Source of the DNA: an uncultured Thermoleophilia bacterium
GTDB lineage: Bacteria > Actinomycetota > Thermoleophilia > Gaiellales > Gaiellaceae
DNA length: 64,000 nucleotides
Reading direction: 5' to 3'
NCBI GenBank assembly: GCA_963792995.1
Contig: CAWBYH010000013.1
Location: 9,709-73,708, forward strand
Shown here: piece by piece, positions 29,241-40,212 of the stretch
How the letters are laid out: each line of letters opens with the position of its first letter
Position numbering within the stretch: position 1 is the first letter of the stretch
Translations under genes and position numbers: made by a program
Notes under the pieces: generated by a model
What the model saw: the letters and a program-made list of their open reading frames with translations, nothing else
Database searches by the model: none
Told to the model about the DNA's origin: nothing

Positions 29241-30646
29241 GCGCGCCGATTGCAACACACTCTGCGTACCGCGATGCCGTCGCCTCGGCGCTCGCCGATG
29301 GTTGGCGGTTCGCGAGCCTACACGCAACGAACGGAGACCCCGCGCCCGTTGTGAGGGTCGTTCTCACCGCCCCGGACGGCCAGAGCCGCATCGAGAGCAC
29401 AATCGCAGTGGACGGGACAGCTCCGTCGATCGTCGAACTGGCGCCGGCCGCCGGTTGGGACGAGCGCGAGGCGCACGACCTCTACGGCGTGCGTTTCGAC
29501 GGGCACGAGCCTCTGCGCCCGCTCGTCGACCACGACGCCGCGCTCGAGAGCTTCGTCACGCCCGTCGAAGGCACAGATCCGTATCACGTGGCGGTCGGGC
29601 CGATCCACGCCGGGGTGATCGAGTCAGGGCATTTCCGCTTCCACGTCGTCGGCGACCTGATCCTGCACGTCGACGCCCGCCTCTTCTACAAACACCGCGG
29701 GCTCGAGCGTGCGACAGAAGGGCGCGCCCTCCCGGACGGCCTCGCCGTGATCGCGCGGTCGTGCGCGGCTTGCTGGGTCACGAATGCAGTTGCGTACGCG
29801 CACGCGTGTGAGGATTCGCTGGGCGTTGCACCGACCCGTGAAGTGGCGCGGGCGCGCACGATCCTCCTCGAGCTCGAACGGGTCTGGAACACCCTCAACG
29901 ACATCGGTGCGATCTGCGCCGGCGTCGGTCTCGCGGCGGGAACCAGTCGTTTCTCGGCACTGGTCGACGATGCGAGGCGGCTGAACGAGCGGCTCACGGG
30001 CCATCGCTTCCTCTTTGGCGCAGTCGCCGTCGGCGGGAGCGCACTCGACCTGGACGAAGCGCAGGTCGCCGATGCACGCGAGACGCTCGCCCGGATCCGG
30101 GAGGAATCGTCCCGGGCGTGGAAGTCGCTCCTCTTCAACAGCTCCTTCATGGATCGGATGCCGGATATCGGCCTCGTCAACGCCGACCGGGCAGCCGAGC
30201 TCGGGGTGGTCGGCCCTGCTGCCCGCGCCGCCGGCATCGTGGAGGACGTCAGAACGGTGAGTCCGCAGCTTGCCTACGAGGATTTCGAGCCGGCCGCGCT
30301 CCGCCGCGTCGCAGGCGACGTACAATCCCGCCTCGAGCAACGCGCGCTCGAACTGCTCCCGTGCCTCGACATCCTCGATGGTCTCCTCGGGAAGCCTCTC
30401 CACCCATCGACGGCAATCCCTACCGGCGACGGAACGGCCATGGGAGTCGGCCGCGTCGAGGGCCCGCGTGGCGCGACGACGTGCGTCGTGGAGCGCAACC
30501 ACGACCGATTGGAGCGCGTCAGGCTCCGCACCGGCTCGTATGCCAACTGGCCGGCGGTTGCCGACGCCGCAGCGGGCAACCTTCTACCGGACTTCCCGCT
30601 CATCAACAAGAGCTTCGAGCTCTGCTACGCGTGCGTGGACCGCTGA
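29237..30646 (+). CDS. hyfG: HyfG/HycE-like large subunit (NuoC+NuoD fusion) with both CxxC motifs
   Basis: EREAHDLYG, GPIHAGVIESGHFRF, HRGLE, RSCAAC, EGPRG, NKSFELCYACVDR*. Confidence 0.88.
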   Translation: MSAPIATHSAYRDAVASALADGWRFASLHATNGDPAPVVRVVLTAPDGQSRIESTIAVDGTAPSIVELAPAAGWDEREAHDLYGVRFDGHEPLRPLVDHDAALESFVTPVEGTDPYHVAVGPIHAGVIESGHFRFHVVGDLILHVDARLFYKHRGLERATEGRALPDGLAVIARSCAACWVTNAVAYAHACEDSLGVAPTREVARARTILLELERVWNTLNDIGAICAGVGLAAGTSRFSALVDDARRLNERLTGHRFLFGAVAVGGSALDLDEAQVADARETLARIREESSRAWKSLLFNSSFMDRMPDIGLVNADRAAELGVVGPAARAAGIVEDVRTVSPQLAYEDFEPAALRRVAGDVQSRLEQRALELLPCLDILDGLLGKPLHPSTAIPTGDGTAMGVGRVEGPRGATTCVVERNHDRLERVRLRTGSYANWPAVADAAAGNLLPDFPLINKSFELCYACVDR

Positions 30647-30647
30647 C

Positions 30648-31293
30648 GTGTTGACGTTACTGCGCGATCTGAGAAGGCTCCGCCGGTCCCTCGGCCTCGC
30701 TCCCGCCGCGCACCCCGGCTCGCTTGCGATCCGGCACGTCGACTGCGGCTCCTGCAACGGTTGCGAGCACGAGCTGACGCTGGTCTCGGGGCCTGTTGTC
30801 GACCTCTCCCGGTACGGTCTCGCCATCGTTGCCTCGCCCCGCCACGCCGATGTGCTGCTCGTCACGGGACCCGTGACGACCCGGATGCGGTCCGCCCTCC
30901 TCACGGCATATGCCGCGATGCCGGAGCCGCGTCGCGTCGCGGCACTCGGGCGACTGCGCGCTCGGTCTCGGCGTCGAGGGCGATCCGTCCGAGATCGTCG
31001 GGCCGGTCGAGGACGTCCTCCCCGTCGACCTGCGCATCCCCGGATGTCCGCCGACGCCCGGGGCGATAGCCTCGGCGCTCATCGAACTCATCGACGGGCG
31101 AGCCGTCTTCGTGAGCGCTCCATCGAGGCGACCACGCCGTCGCACGCACGTCTGGTTCGTCGGCTACACGCTGGTCGTCCTCGCTGTGTGCGCGGTCAGC
31201 CTGGCGACGAAGCAGTGGTCTGTCGCCGCAACGGCGTTCCTGATCGCACTCGTGTTCGCCTGGCTCACCCGGTGGCTCTGGCGTAGGCGCTGA
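30648..31293 (+). CDS. hyfI: HyfI/NuoB-like [4Fe-4S] small subunit; frameshift near 30950; as read, carries a 2-TM tail (31111-31293) that may be a separate ORF
   Basis: CGSCNGCE, SPRHAD.LLVTGP, GDC, PGCPP. Confidence 0.8.
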
Positions 31294-31299
31294 CCGACC

Positions 31300-32248
31300 T
31301 CAGGCCGTTGTTGGATTTCGGTAGGAGTGGTTCGCGTTCAACTTCCCGAGAAGGTAGTCGCCGTACATGACGGAGCCGAACAGCGGCTCGGCTCCGCCCG
31401 CCACGCAGGTGGCGAGAGGTGAGACGACCGCGTCCGCAGCCGGGTCGAAGAAGTACGGGATCGAATAGCGGTCCGTCCCGGTGCGGTTGACGACCCGGTG
31501 CGGCGTCGAGCGCAGCACGCCGTTCGACCACCGCTCGCCGATGTCACCGACGTTGAGCACGAAGGCGCCCTGGGCGCGGCGGCGCATCGAGCCACGTCCG
31601 TCCGTCCGGTCCCCGTACCTGAAGGCCGCCGTTCTCGTCCTGCGCGAGAATCGTCACGAATCCGTAATCCGTGTGCGGGTTCGAGCCGAACTCGTCGTCC
31701 GGCCCCGTCGGATCCTGCGGCGGATAGTGCAGAAGCCGGAGAAACGTCGTCGGGTGGGCAAACGATGTCTGGAGCGTGTCGGCATCGACCCCGAGAGCGG
31801 CCTCGAAGACCGCGACGAGACGCCGTGCAAGACCGTGCACCGCACCCTCGTAGGCGGTGATCGCCTCCCGGAACCCCGGGATCGACGGCCACTGGTTAGG
31901 CCCGGCGAGCGGATCGGCGTGTCGTCCGGGGTCGCTTGGGTCGACCTCGTGCATCACCATCAACGACTCACTCAGATTCGGCTTCGTCGCCTTCTGGATC
32001 GACGATGAGACAATCTTCGATTCCGCGAACGGCATGTACCCGCGGTGGAACGCGTTCACGCGGAGCGTGAGCTTCTCCTCGAGAGGCAGTGCGTGAAACT
32101 GCCTGGATGCGTCGAATGCGGCGTCGACGAGGGTCTGGTCGACTCCGTGACCCTCGAGATAGGCGAATCCCACATCGCCGTAAGCACGCCTGAATGCGTC
32201 CGCAACATCGGTCGCGTCGAGATCGATGACCGGGATCGAGCCACTCAC
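31300..32248 (-). CDS. 2-oxoglutarate/Fe(II) oxygenase, IPNS family; frameshift near 31580
   Basis: IPVIDL, GFAYL..HG, RLLHYP, HTDYG, STPHRV, RYSIPYF. Confidence 0.88.
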
Positions 32249-33559
32249 TCGGCGATGTCCTCCAGCGCTCCGCGAACGGCCTCGAGCGTCTCCTCGATTT
32301 CGGCCGGCCCGTGGGCGAGGGACACGAACCAGCGCCCGAGCGGATACCGGTGCGCGTAGACGCCACGCGCCTCGAGGCCGTCGCAGAACGCGAGATACCG
32401 ATCGGCCGGTTGCAGCGCCGCCGCGTCGTTCACGTCGCGCGGCTCCTCGTCGGGGGCGGCGGCGAGAAACGGTTGCAGCATCGACCCGACCCGCCGCACA
32501 TGGCCGTCGACGCCCGCACTCGAAAATGCCGCTTCGATCCCCTCCGCGAGCCGCCTCGACCGGAGCTCGAGCTCGTCATAGAGCCCGCGCTCCGCCGCGA
32601 TGCGCCCCAGAACGGCGACCGACGCTGCGAGGCCGAGCGGCGAGCCCGTGTACGTGCCTCCGTGCACGACGCGGTTGTCGGCCTCCCAACAGCATCAGCT
32701 CGCGCGAGCCTCCGAACGCGGCAACCGCCATCCCTCCCCCGATCACCTTGCCGAGCGTTGTGATGTCGGGTGTGACGCCGTATCGCTCCTGCGCCCCTCC
32801 GGGCGCGAGCCGGAACCCGGTCATCACCTCGTCGAAGATGACGAGCGCTCCTGCCGCGCGGGTACGACCAGCGAGCTGGTCGAGATAGCCGGGCCGGGGC
32901 TCGAGCACGCCGCCCGAGCCGGGCACGACCTCGCAGATCACGGCCGCGAGGCGTGCCCCGGCGTCAGCGATCGCCTCGTCGAGAGCGTCAGGGTCGTTCC
33001 ATGGAATCACCCAGATCGAGTCCATGACGCCCACCGGGACGCCCGCAGAATCGGCACGCGCCGGCCGCGCGACCGAGGCGGCACCCATCCCGGCTGCCAG
33101 GTGGTCGGCCCAGCCGTGATAGTGCCCTTCGAACTTGATCACGAGCTCGCGGCCGGTGGCGGCGCGCGCGAGCCGGACGGCTGCCTGGGTCGCCTCCGTG
33201 CCCGAGTTCGCGAACCGGACCTGCTCGACGCCGGGGACGAGCGATGCGACGAGCTCGGCAGCCTCGCCTGAGAGCCGGTGCGGGAACGCGATGTGCCAAC
33301 CGACCGCCGCGACCGTCTCCTCGACTGCCTCCCAGACGAACGCGGGGGCGTGGCCGAAGAGATTCACGCCGTAGCCCATGCAGTAGTCGAGGTACGCGTT
33401 GCCGTCGAGATCGCGGATCGTCGCACCGTGCGCTTCGGCGATGACGAGCTCCTGACCCGCCCGGAGCCGCGCATAGCTCGACTCTCCGCCCGCGACGTGG
33501 CGGGCGATCTCCGCGAAGGCGGCACGCGAGCGACGACGGTCCGGCGACGGTGCAGGCAT
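32245..33559 (-). CDS. Class III PLP aminotransferase (HemL-like paralog); frameshift near 32690
   Basis: NSGTEA, KFEGHYHG, IFDEVMTGFR, LGKVIGGG, HGGTY. Confidence 0.87.
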
Positions 33560-33665
33560 CGTTGAAGCCTAGCCCCGGCACTCTCCCGAAGAAACGTGTC
33601 CCAAAGAGCGTGGGAATTCACCGTCGAGGGGATGGAACCGAGAAGGTCGGTGCAGTAGGTTGGGC

Positions 33666-33920
33666 ATGATGGTGGACCGGCTCGACGAGCAGCGCCTCGA
33701 GATCCTTCGCGGCTGGGGCGCGGGGCTCGCGAGCGACGAGCGAGAAGAGCTGCGAGCGGCCGGCAAGGCGATCACGGTGCTGATCGACGAGATCGACCGC
33801 CTCCAGGTCGACCTCTGGAATGCACGTGTCGACCAGCGCGACGCCGCGCGACCGCTCGTCGCGCCACGCCGGGGTGCGTCGCTCCGCGCGCGACTCAATG
33901 ACGGCAGCCAGACGATCTGA
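33666..33920 (+). CDS. Small hypothetical protein
   Basis: High-GC3 codons, helical LEILRGWG...RAAGKAI..LIDEIDRL; TAGGTT box upstream. Confidence 0.65.
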   Translation: MMVDRLDEQRLEILRGWGAGLASDEREELRAAGKAITVLIDEIDRLQVDLWNARVDQRDAARPLVAPRRGASLRARLNDGSQTI

Positions 33921-34084
33921 CGGCCACCGTACGGCCTAGCTCGCCGGTGCACCGGGCGGAGTCGGATACGCGAAGGAGGACGCCAGAGTCAACGGCTGCG
34001 CAATACCGGGAGACCTGTCTCGTCCGCGACTCGGTCTGGAGCCGGCGGTTGTTCGAGTGTGTGCGTGCGGTCATACTGGGTCGC

Positions 34085-35011
34085 GTGATGGGGAGGCTCG
34101 AGGTCTGGCGTCTGTTCGCCTTCGTTGTGCTCGGGTGCGCGACGGTCGCGGGTGCGGCGACCGGTTTCGGCGCGGCGTCGAATGGACGGCAGCACGCGGC
34201 GGAGTGGGTGCAGATGGTGATCGTGGTTCCCGCCCGTCTCGACAACGAGGCTGCCTGGATGCACCGGGCGATCGAGCCGCTCGACAAGGCGGGGAGGCCC
34301 AAGCCGGACTACATGACGGTGAAGGGCAAGCGCGTGCCCATCGTATGGAACAACGCGGGGGCGGGGATCGGGACCACCGACGAAATGCTCCGTTACGCCG
34401 CGCAGCCGTACGGCGGTGCTTACGGGAGGAATGCGCTGCTGGTCGACCGAAGGCTCACCGCGGCTGAGCGGCGGGTGTTCACGGTGGTGCCACTCTGGAC
34501 CGACGCGGACGTGCTCCTCGTGGAGCCCGGGAGCGCCCTGTGCAAGAAGGGTTTGACGCTACGGCGCGTCCGACTGCTTGCCGGCGGGAAGGCCGGTGGT
34601 CTCCGTCTCACGGTTCCGGTCAACCGGTCGGGGATGGGACGTTCCTCGTTCGACGTCGTACCCGCGAAGAGCATTCGAACGGCGCCGGAGACGTCGCTCG
34701 TCGCTTCGCCCGTCGGCGTGGGTGAGGCGGCGGTCGTGGGCTTCCAGCTTGCTCGACCCTCGCTCGAGGCGGGGACCGCTTGTGCGGCGCCGATCGACGG
34801 TGTCGTCCCGACCGTCAAGACGGTACGCTCCGGCCGCTATCCCGTTTCGAGGCCAGTCGGGTTCGCCTTCAACAAGGCCGTGTACCGGTCGAAGCAAGTC
34901 GGCGCCTACGGGAACGCTATCCGAGCCCGGTTTCTCCAGCACGCAACAGGCCTACTAGGGCAGGCGTTCATCGCTCGCACGTTCGGCCCGGGGGCACTCC
35001 CAGGCTGGTGA
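34085..35011 (+). CDS. Secreted, divergent PstS-like solute-binding protein
   Basis: Signal peptide; IDGVVPT..TVRSGRYPVSRP typical of the PstS-type C-terminal region. Confidence 0.55.
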   Translation: MMGRLEVWRLFAFVVLGCATVAGAATGFGAASNGRQHAAEWVQMVIVVPARLDNEAAWMHRAIEPLDKAGRPKPDYMTVKGKRVPIVWNNAGAGIGTTDEMLRYAAQPYGGAYGRNALLVDRRLTAAERRVFTVVPLWTDADVLLVEPGSALCKKGLTLRRVRLLAGGKAGGLRLTVPVNRSGMGRSSFDVVPAKSIRTAPETSLVASPVGVGEAAVVGFQLARPSLEAGTACAAPIDGVVPTVKTVRSGRYPVSRPVGFAFNKAVYRSKQVGAYGNAIRARFLQHATGLLGQAFIARTFGPGALPGW

Positions 35012-35532
35012 CTCGGACACGCCCGGAGGCCGAGGCACGAGGCACGCGAGATCGACCCCCGATACGTCAGACACCCGGTAGACGCCGATCAGCAGAGCCG
35101 CAACGGTCACCAAGCGGTGTGGCTCCGGACACGATCAGCGCCCCCGCAACCTCGAGTGCGACCGCCAACCGTCCGAGCCGACGCCCGGGATGAGTCAGGT
35201 GGGGCGAGACGGAAACCACGACCGCCGTCGCCTCGCCGAACCGAACGTTCGGGAAACCCGGCGCGTGTTCGTCGTACCGAGGAGCACGTCGGAGACACCC
35301 TGCCATGAACCGACGGCGAGTCGCACAACGGCGCTCACGACCACCGCACATCGAGCGGCGCCTTCCGTAGACTCTCGATCGTCGTCAGTCGCTCATTAGC
35401 GCCCCGACCGGGTATCTGGCGCCGCAAACGCGATCAACAACGGGCGTGCTCATCGGTTCGGCCAGCGCGCGGAACCTAGCCAAACCTTGACCCAACCGTG
35501 ATTTCCGCGGCCGCCCTCGAACCCCGACCAAT

Positions 35533-35558
35533 GAAAGAGCCCCCGTTTCCGGGGGCCT
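35533..35558 (-). terminator. Terminator-like hairpin after tRNA-Gly
   Basis: GCCCCCG-GAAA-CGGGGGC followed by TCTTTC. Confidence 0.7.
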
Positions 35559-35564
35559 TCGTGA

Positions 35565-35637
35565 AGCGGATGATGAGACTCGAACTCACGACCTTCTGCA
35601 TGGCAAGCAGACGCTCTACCAACTGAGCTACATCCGC
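35565..35637 (-). tRNA. tRNA-Gly(GCC)
   Basis: GCGGATG/CATCCGC acceptor stem, TCTGC-TTGCCAT-GCAGA anticodon arm, GTTCGAGT. Confidence 0.96.
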
Positions 35638-35693
35638 ACGAGCCGGAGTATAGCGACGGTTTCGCCTTTCCGAATCGCCCCCCATCGCGATTG

Positions 35694-37463
<1,770 letters not shown>

Positions 37464-37477
37464 TCACTCGCATTCCC

Positions 37478-37552
37478 CTAGCGGGGAAGGAGGAGGGCAA
37501 GCGCGAGCAGGCCGAGGTCGGCGGTGCGATCGATCTGCAGCTCGCTGGTCAT
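37478..37552 (-). promoter_or_regulatory. leuA leader peptide MTSELQIDRTADLGLLALALLLPR* (attenuator)
   Basis: 24 aa with 8 Leu, 7 in the last 12 residues; ends 80 nt before the leuA start. Confidence 0.88.
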
Positions 37553-37590
37553 CAGGGACAACGATACCGTAGTCCGGCCGTCGGTGTGGC

Positions 37591-37991
37591 CTACCCGACG
37601 CCGTCGAGCGCGTCGTTGACGAGCCTGTCCGCGAGCTCGTTGTGCTCACGGCGCACCGCGGTGTAGCGAACAGGCCGACCGTCCGCGCGAGCCGCGTCGC
37701 CTCGATGCTGAGCTCGCGCAGGGCCGCGTTCTTGATCTTGTACTCGCCCCGCATCTGCTTGACCATCAGCTCGGAGTCGGAGACGACCTCGATCTCGGTG
37801 AGGCCGAGCTCGGCTGCGCGTCGAAGCCCGTTGACGAGCGCCGTGTACTCGGCCACGTTGTTCGTCTGGACACCGATGGCATCGCCACGGGAGTCGAGGA
37901 CGACGCCGTCCGCGTCCTCGAGCACGAACGCCGCCGCGGCAGGCCCGGGGTTGCCGCGGGCGCCACCGTCGGTGTAGAGCTTCACGGCCAC
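37591..37991 (-). CDS. rnhA: Ribonuclease HI family protein; frameshift near 37675
   Basis: YTDGGARGNPGPA, TNNVAEY, DSELMV; RREHNELADRLVN in the adjacent frame. Confidence 0.88.
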
Positions 37992-38025
37992 CGCGCTAGC
38001 TTCGCAGAAGCGGGCCGCTCCCCGA

Positions 38026-39546
38026 TCAGGGAACGTCGAAGACGATGCCCTGAGCGAGCGGGAGCTCGCTCGTGAAGTTCACGGTCGCGGTCTGGCGGCG
38101 CATGTACGCCTTCCAGGCGTCGGAGCCCGACTCGCGACCCCCACCGGTCTCCTTCTCACCTCCGAAAGCCCCGCCGATCTCGGCGCCGCTCGGGCCGATG
38201 TTCACGTTCGCGATCCCGCAGTCCGAGCCCGAGCTCGCGAGGAACCGCTCGGCCTCACGCAGGTCGGTGGTGAAGATCGACGAGGCGAGACCCTGCGGGA
38301 CGCCGTTCTGGAGCGCGATCGCATCGTCCGGGTCGGAGTAGGTGAGGACGTAGAGGAGTGGTGCGAACGTCTCGCGCGCGACGACCGCGGTCTGTGCGGG
38401 CATCCGCACGAGCGTCGGGCTCGCGTACCAGGCCTCGCGGAAGCTCGTCGGCGAAGCGCACGGTCACCGCCGGCGACGACGCTCTCCACCGTCGTCGCGC
38501 ACCTCGACGAGCGCATCCTCGAGACGCGCGAACGAATCGCCGCTGATCAGAGGGCCGACGAGAGTTCCCGGCTCGCGCGGGTCACCGATCGGAACGCTCG
38601 TGTAGGCGGCCGCGAGGCGATCGACGACCTCGTCGGCGATCGACTCGTGGACGATCAGCCGCCGCAGGCTCGTACAGCGCTGGCCGGCAGTGCCCACAGC
38701 GGAGAAGAGGACGCCTCGGACGACGAGGTCGATGTCGGCACTCGGCGCGACGATCGCCGCGTTGTTACCGCCGAGCTCGAGGAGCGAGCGGCCGAGGCGT
38801 CCGGCGATACGCGGCGCGAGCGCTTTCCCCATCTCGGTCGAGCCGGTGGCCGAGACGAGCGGGATCCGCGTGTCGTCCGCGAGCTGGAGCGCACGGTCGG
38901 CGCCGCCGATCACGAGCTCGGCGAGACCCTCGGGTGCACCGCCGAAGCGGTCGATCGCGCGCTGAAGCAGCGAGGTGCAGGCAAGCGCGGTCAGCGGCGT
39001 CCGCTCGGAGGGCTTCCAGATGACGGGGTCACCGCAGACGAACGCGAGCGCGGCGTTCCAGCTCCAGACGGCGACCGGGAAGTTGAACGCACTGATCACC
39101 GCGACGGGCCCGAGCGGATGCCACGTCTCGGTGAGTCGGTGACCGGGGCGTTCCGAGGCGATCGAGCGTCCGTACAGCTGTCGGGAGAGACCGACGGCGA
39201 AGTCGCAGATGTCGATCATCTCCTGCACCTCCCCGAGCCCCTCCTGGGCGATCTTCCCGACCTCGAGCGTGACGAGCGCGCCGAGGGCATCCTTCTCGCG
39301 CCGCAGCTCCTCACCGAGGAGGCGCACGAGCTCGCCGCGATGCGGGCCGGGCAGGTCGCGCCATGCCGCGAAGGCTTCGGTCGCCCGCGCGATCGCCGCA
39401 TCGGTCGCAGCAGCGTCCGTTCGCACGACCCGAGCAATCTCCTCACCCGTGATCGGCGTCCGGACAACAAGGTCGCCCGCGCTGACCATCGCCGTGCCGA
39501 CGCCCAGCTCCTCGAGCAGGGCCGTCGCCTGACTGGCGGCGCTCAC
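38026..39546 (-). CDS. Aldehyde dehydrogenase of the ALDH7/piperideine-6-carboxylate type; frameshifts near 38440-38470
   Basis: [50 protein letters not shown]. Confidence 0.9.
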
Positions 39547-39550
39547 GTGC

Positions 39551-40165
39551 TCAGATGCGTTCGATCGTGGGGATCAGCCGACCGTCGTCGGCGACCGTCG
39601 CGTTCCAGCCCTGGAAGCTCGCATCGAGATCGGCGATGTCCTGGCCCCGTTCGGCCACCCGGACGGGCTGGGACGACTCGGGCGAGACGCGGTACTGGTA
39701 CCAGCTGATGTCCCACGCAAAGGTGAGGACCATCTCCGAGTTGACACCGGAGAGCGGCGTGATCGATGCCTGTGGATCGCCGAGCGCTTTCGCAACGCCC
39801 GCGATCGTCCGCCGGAATTGCGTGGCGTTGAACAGCTCTGCCGCCTCGACGAGAGCCATCTCGTCGTCGCCGAGCCGTCGCAGGATCGGCTCGCTGATGA
39901 CGGGCTCGACGTCCTCCTCCCGCGAGCCGAGCAACGCCTGCCACATCGATTTCTGCCGTCGACGGCGAGGAGCATGCGGTTGGAACGGTGAGAGCGGGAC
40001 GCCTTCGCGGGTCCAGCCGTAGTCGACTGCCGTTTCGGAGCAGAGCGGACACACGTCCACGAACGTGCTGCCGTCGCGCGAATAGCGGAGCGCGCGCTCC
40101 CCCTGAAGGAGGGTTCGCTCGCAGACGACGCACGTTCGCGTGGCGGTGGTCTTGATCACTCTCAT
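39551..40165 (-). CDS. Hypothetical protein with N-terminal CxxC...CxxC zinc finger
   Basis: CVVC, CPLC; TATAGT box upstream. Confidence 0.7.
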   Translation of the reverse strand: MRVIKTTATRTCVVCERTLLQGERALRYSRDGSTFVDVCPLCSETAVDYGWTREGVPLSPFQPHAPRRRRQKSMWQALLGSREEDVEPVISEPILRRLGDDEMALVEAAELFNATQFRRTIAGVAKALGDPQASITPLSGVNSEMVLTFAWDISWYQYRVSPESSQPVRVAERGQDIADLDASFQGWNATVADDGRLIPTIERI

Positions 40166-40212
40166 GGGCCGACCACTATAGCCCCGATGCAGGGACTTTC
40201 CCAGCGTGCCTT

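Noticed and set aside
24308-30646. Giant 956-aa and 870-aa ORFs as novel fusions
   Set aside because: They are frameshift artefacts joining hyfB to hyfC and off-frame hyfF sequence to hyfG.
33618-33650. Second possible sigma-28 promoter (TCAC-N15-ACCGAGAA)
   Set aside because: Too many mismatches, and a TAGGTT leaderless box already explains the downstream gene.
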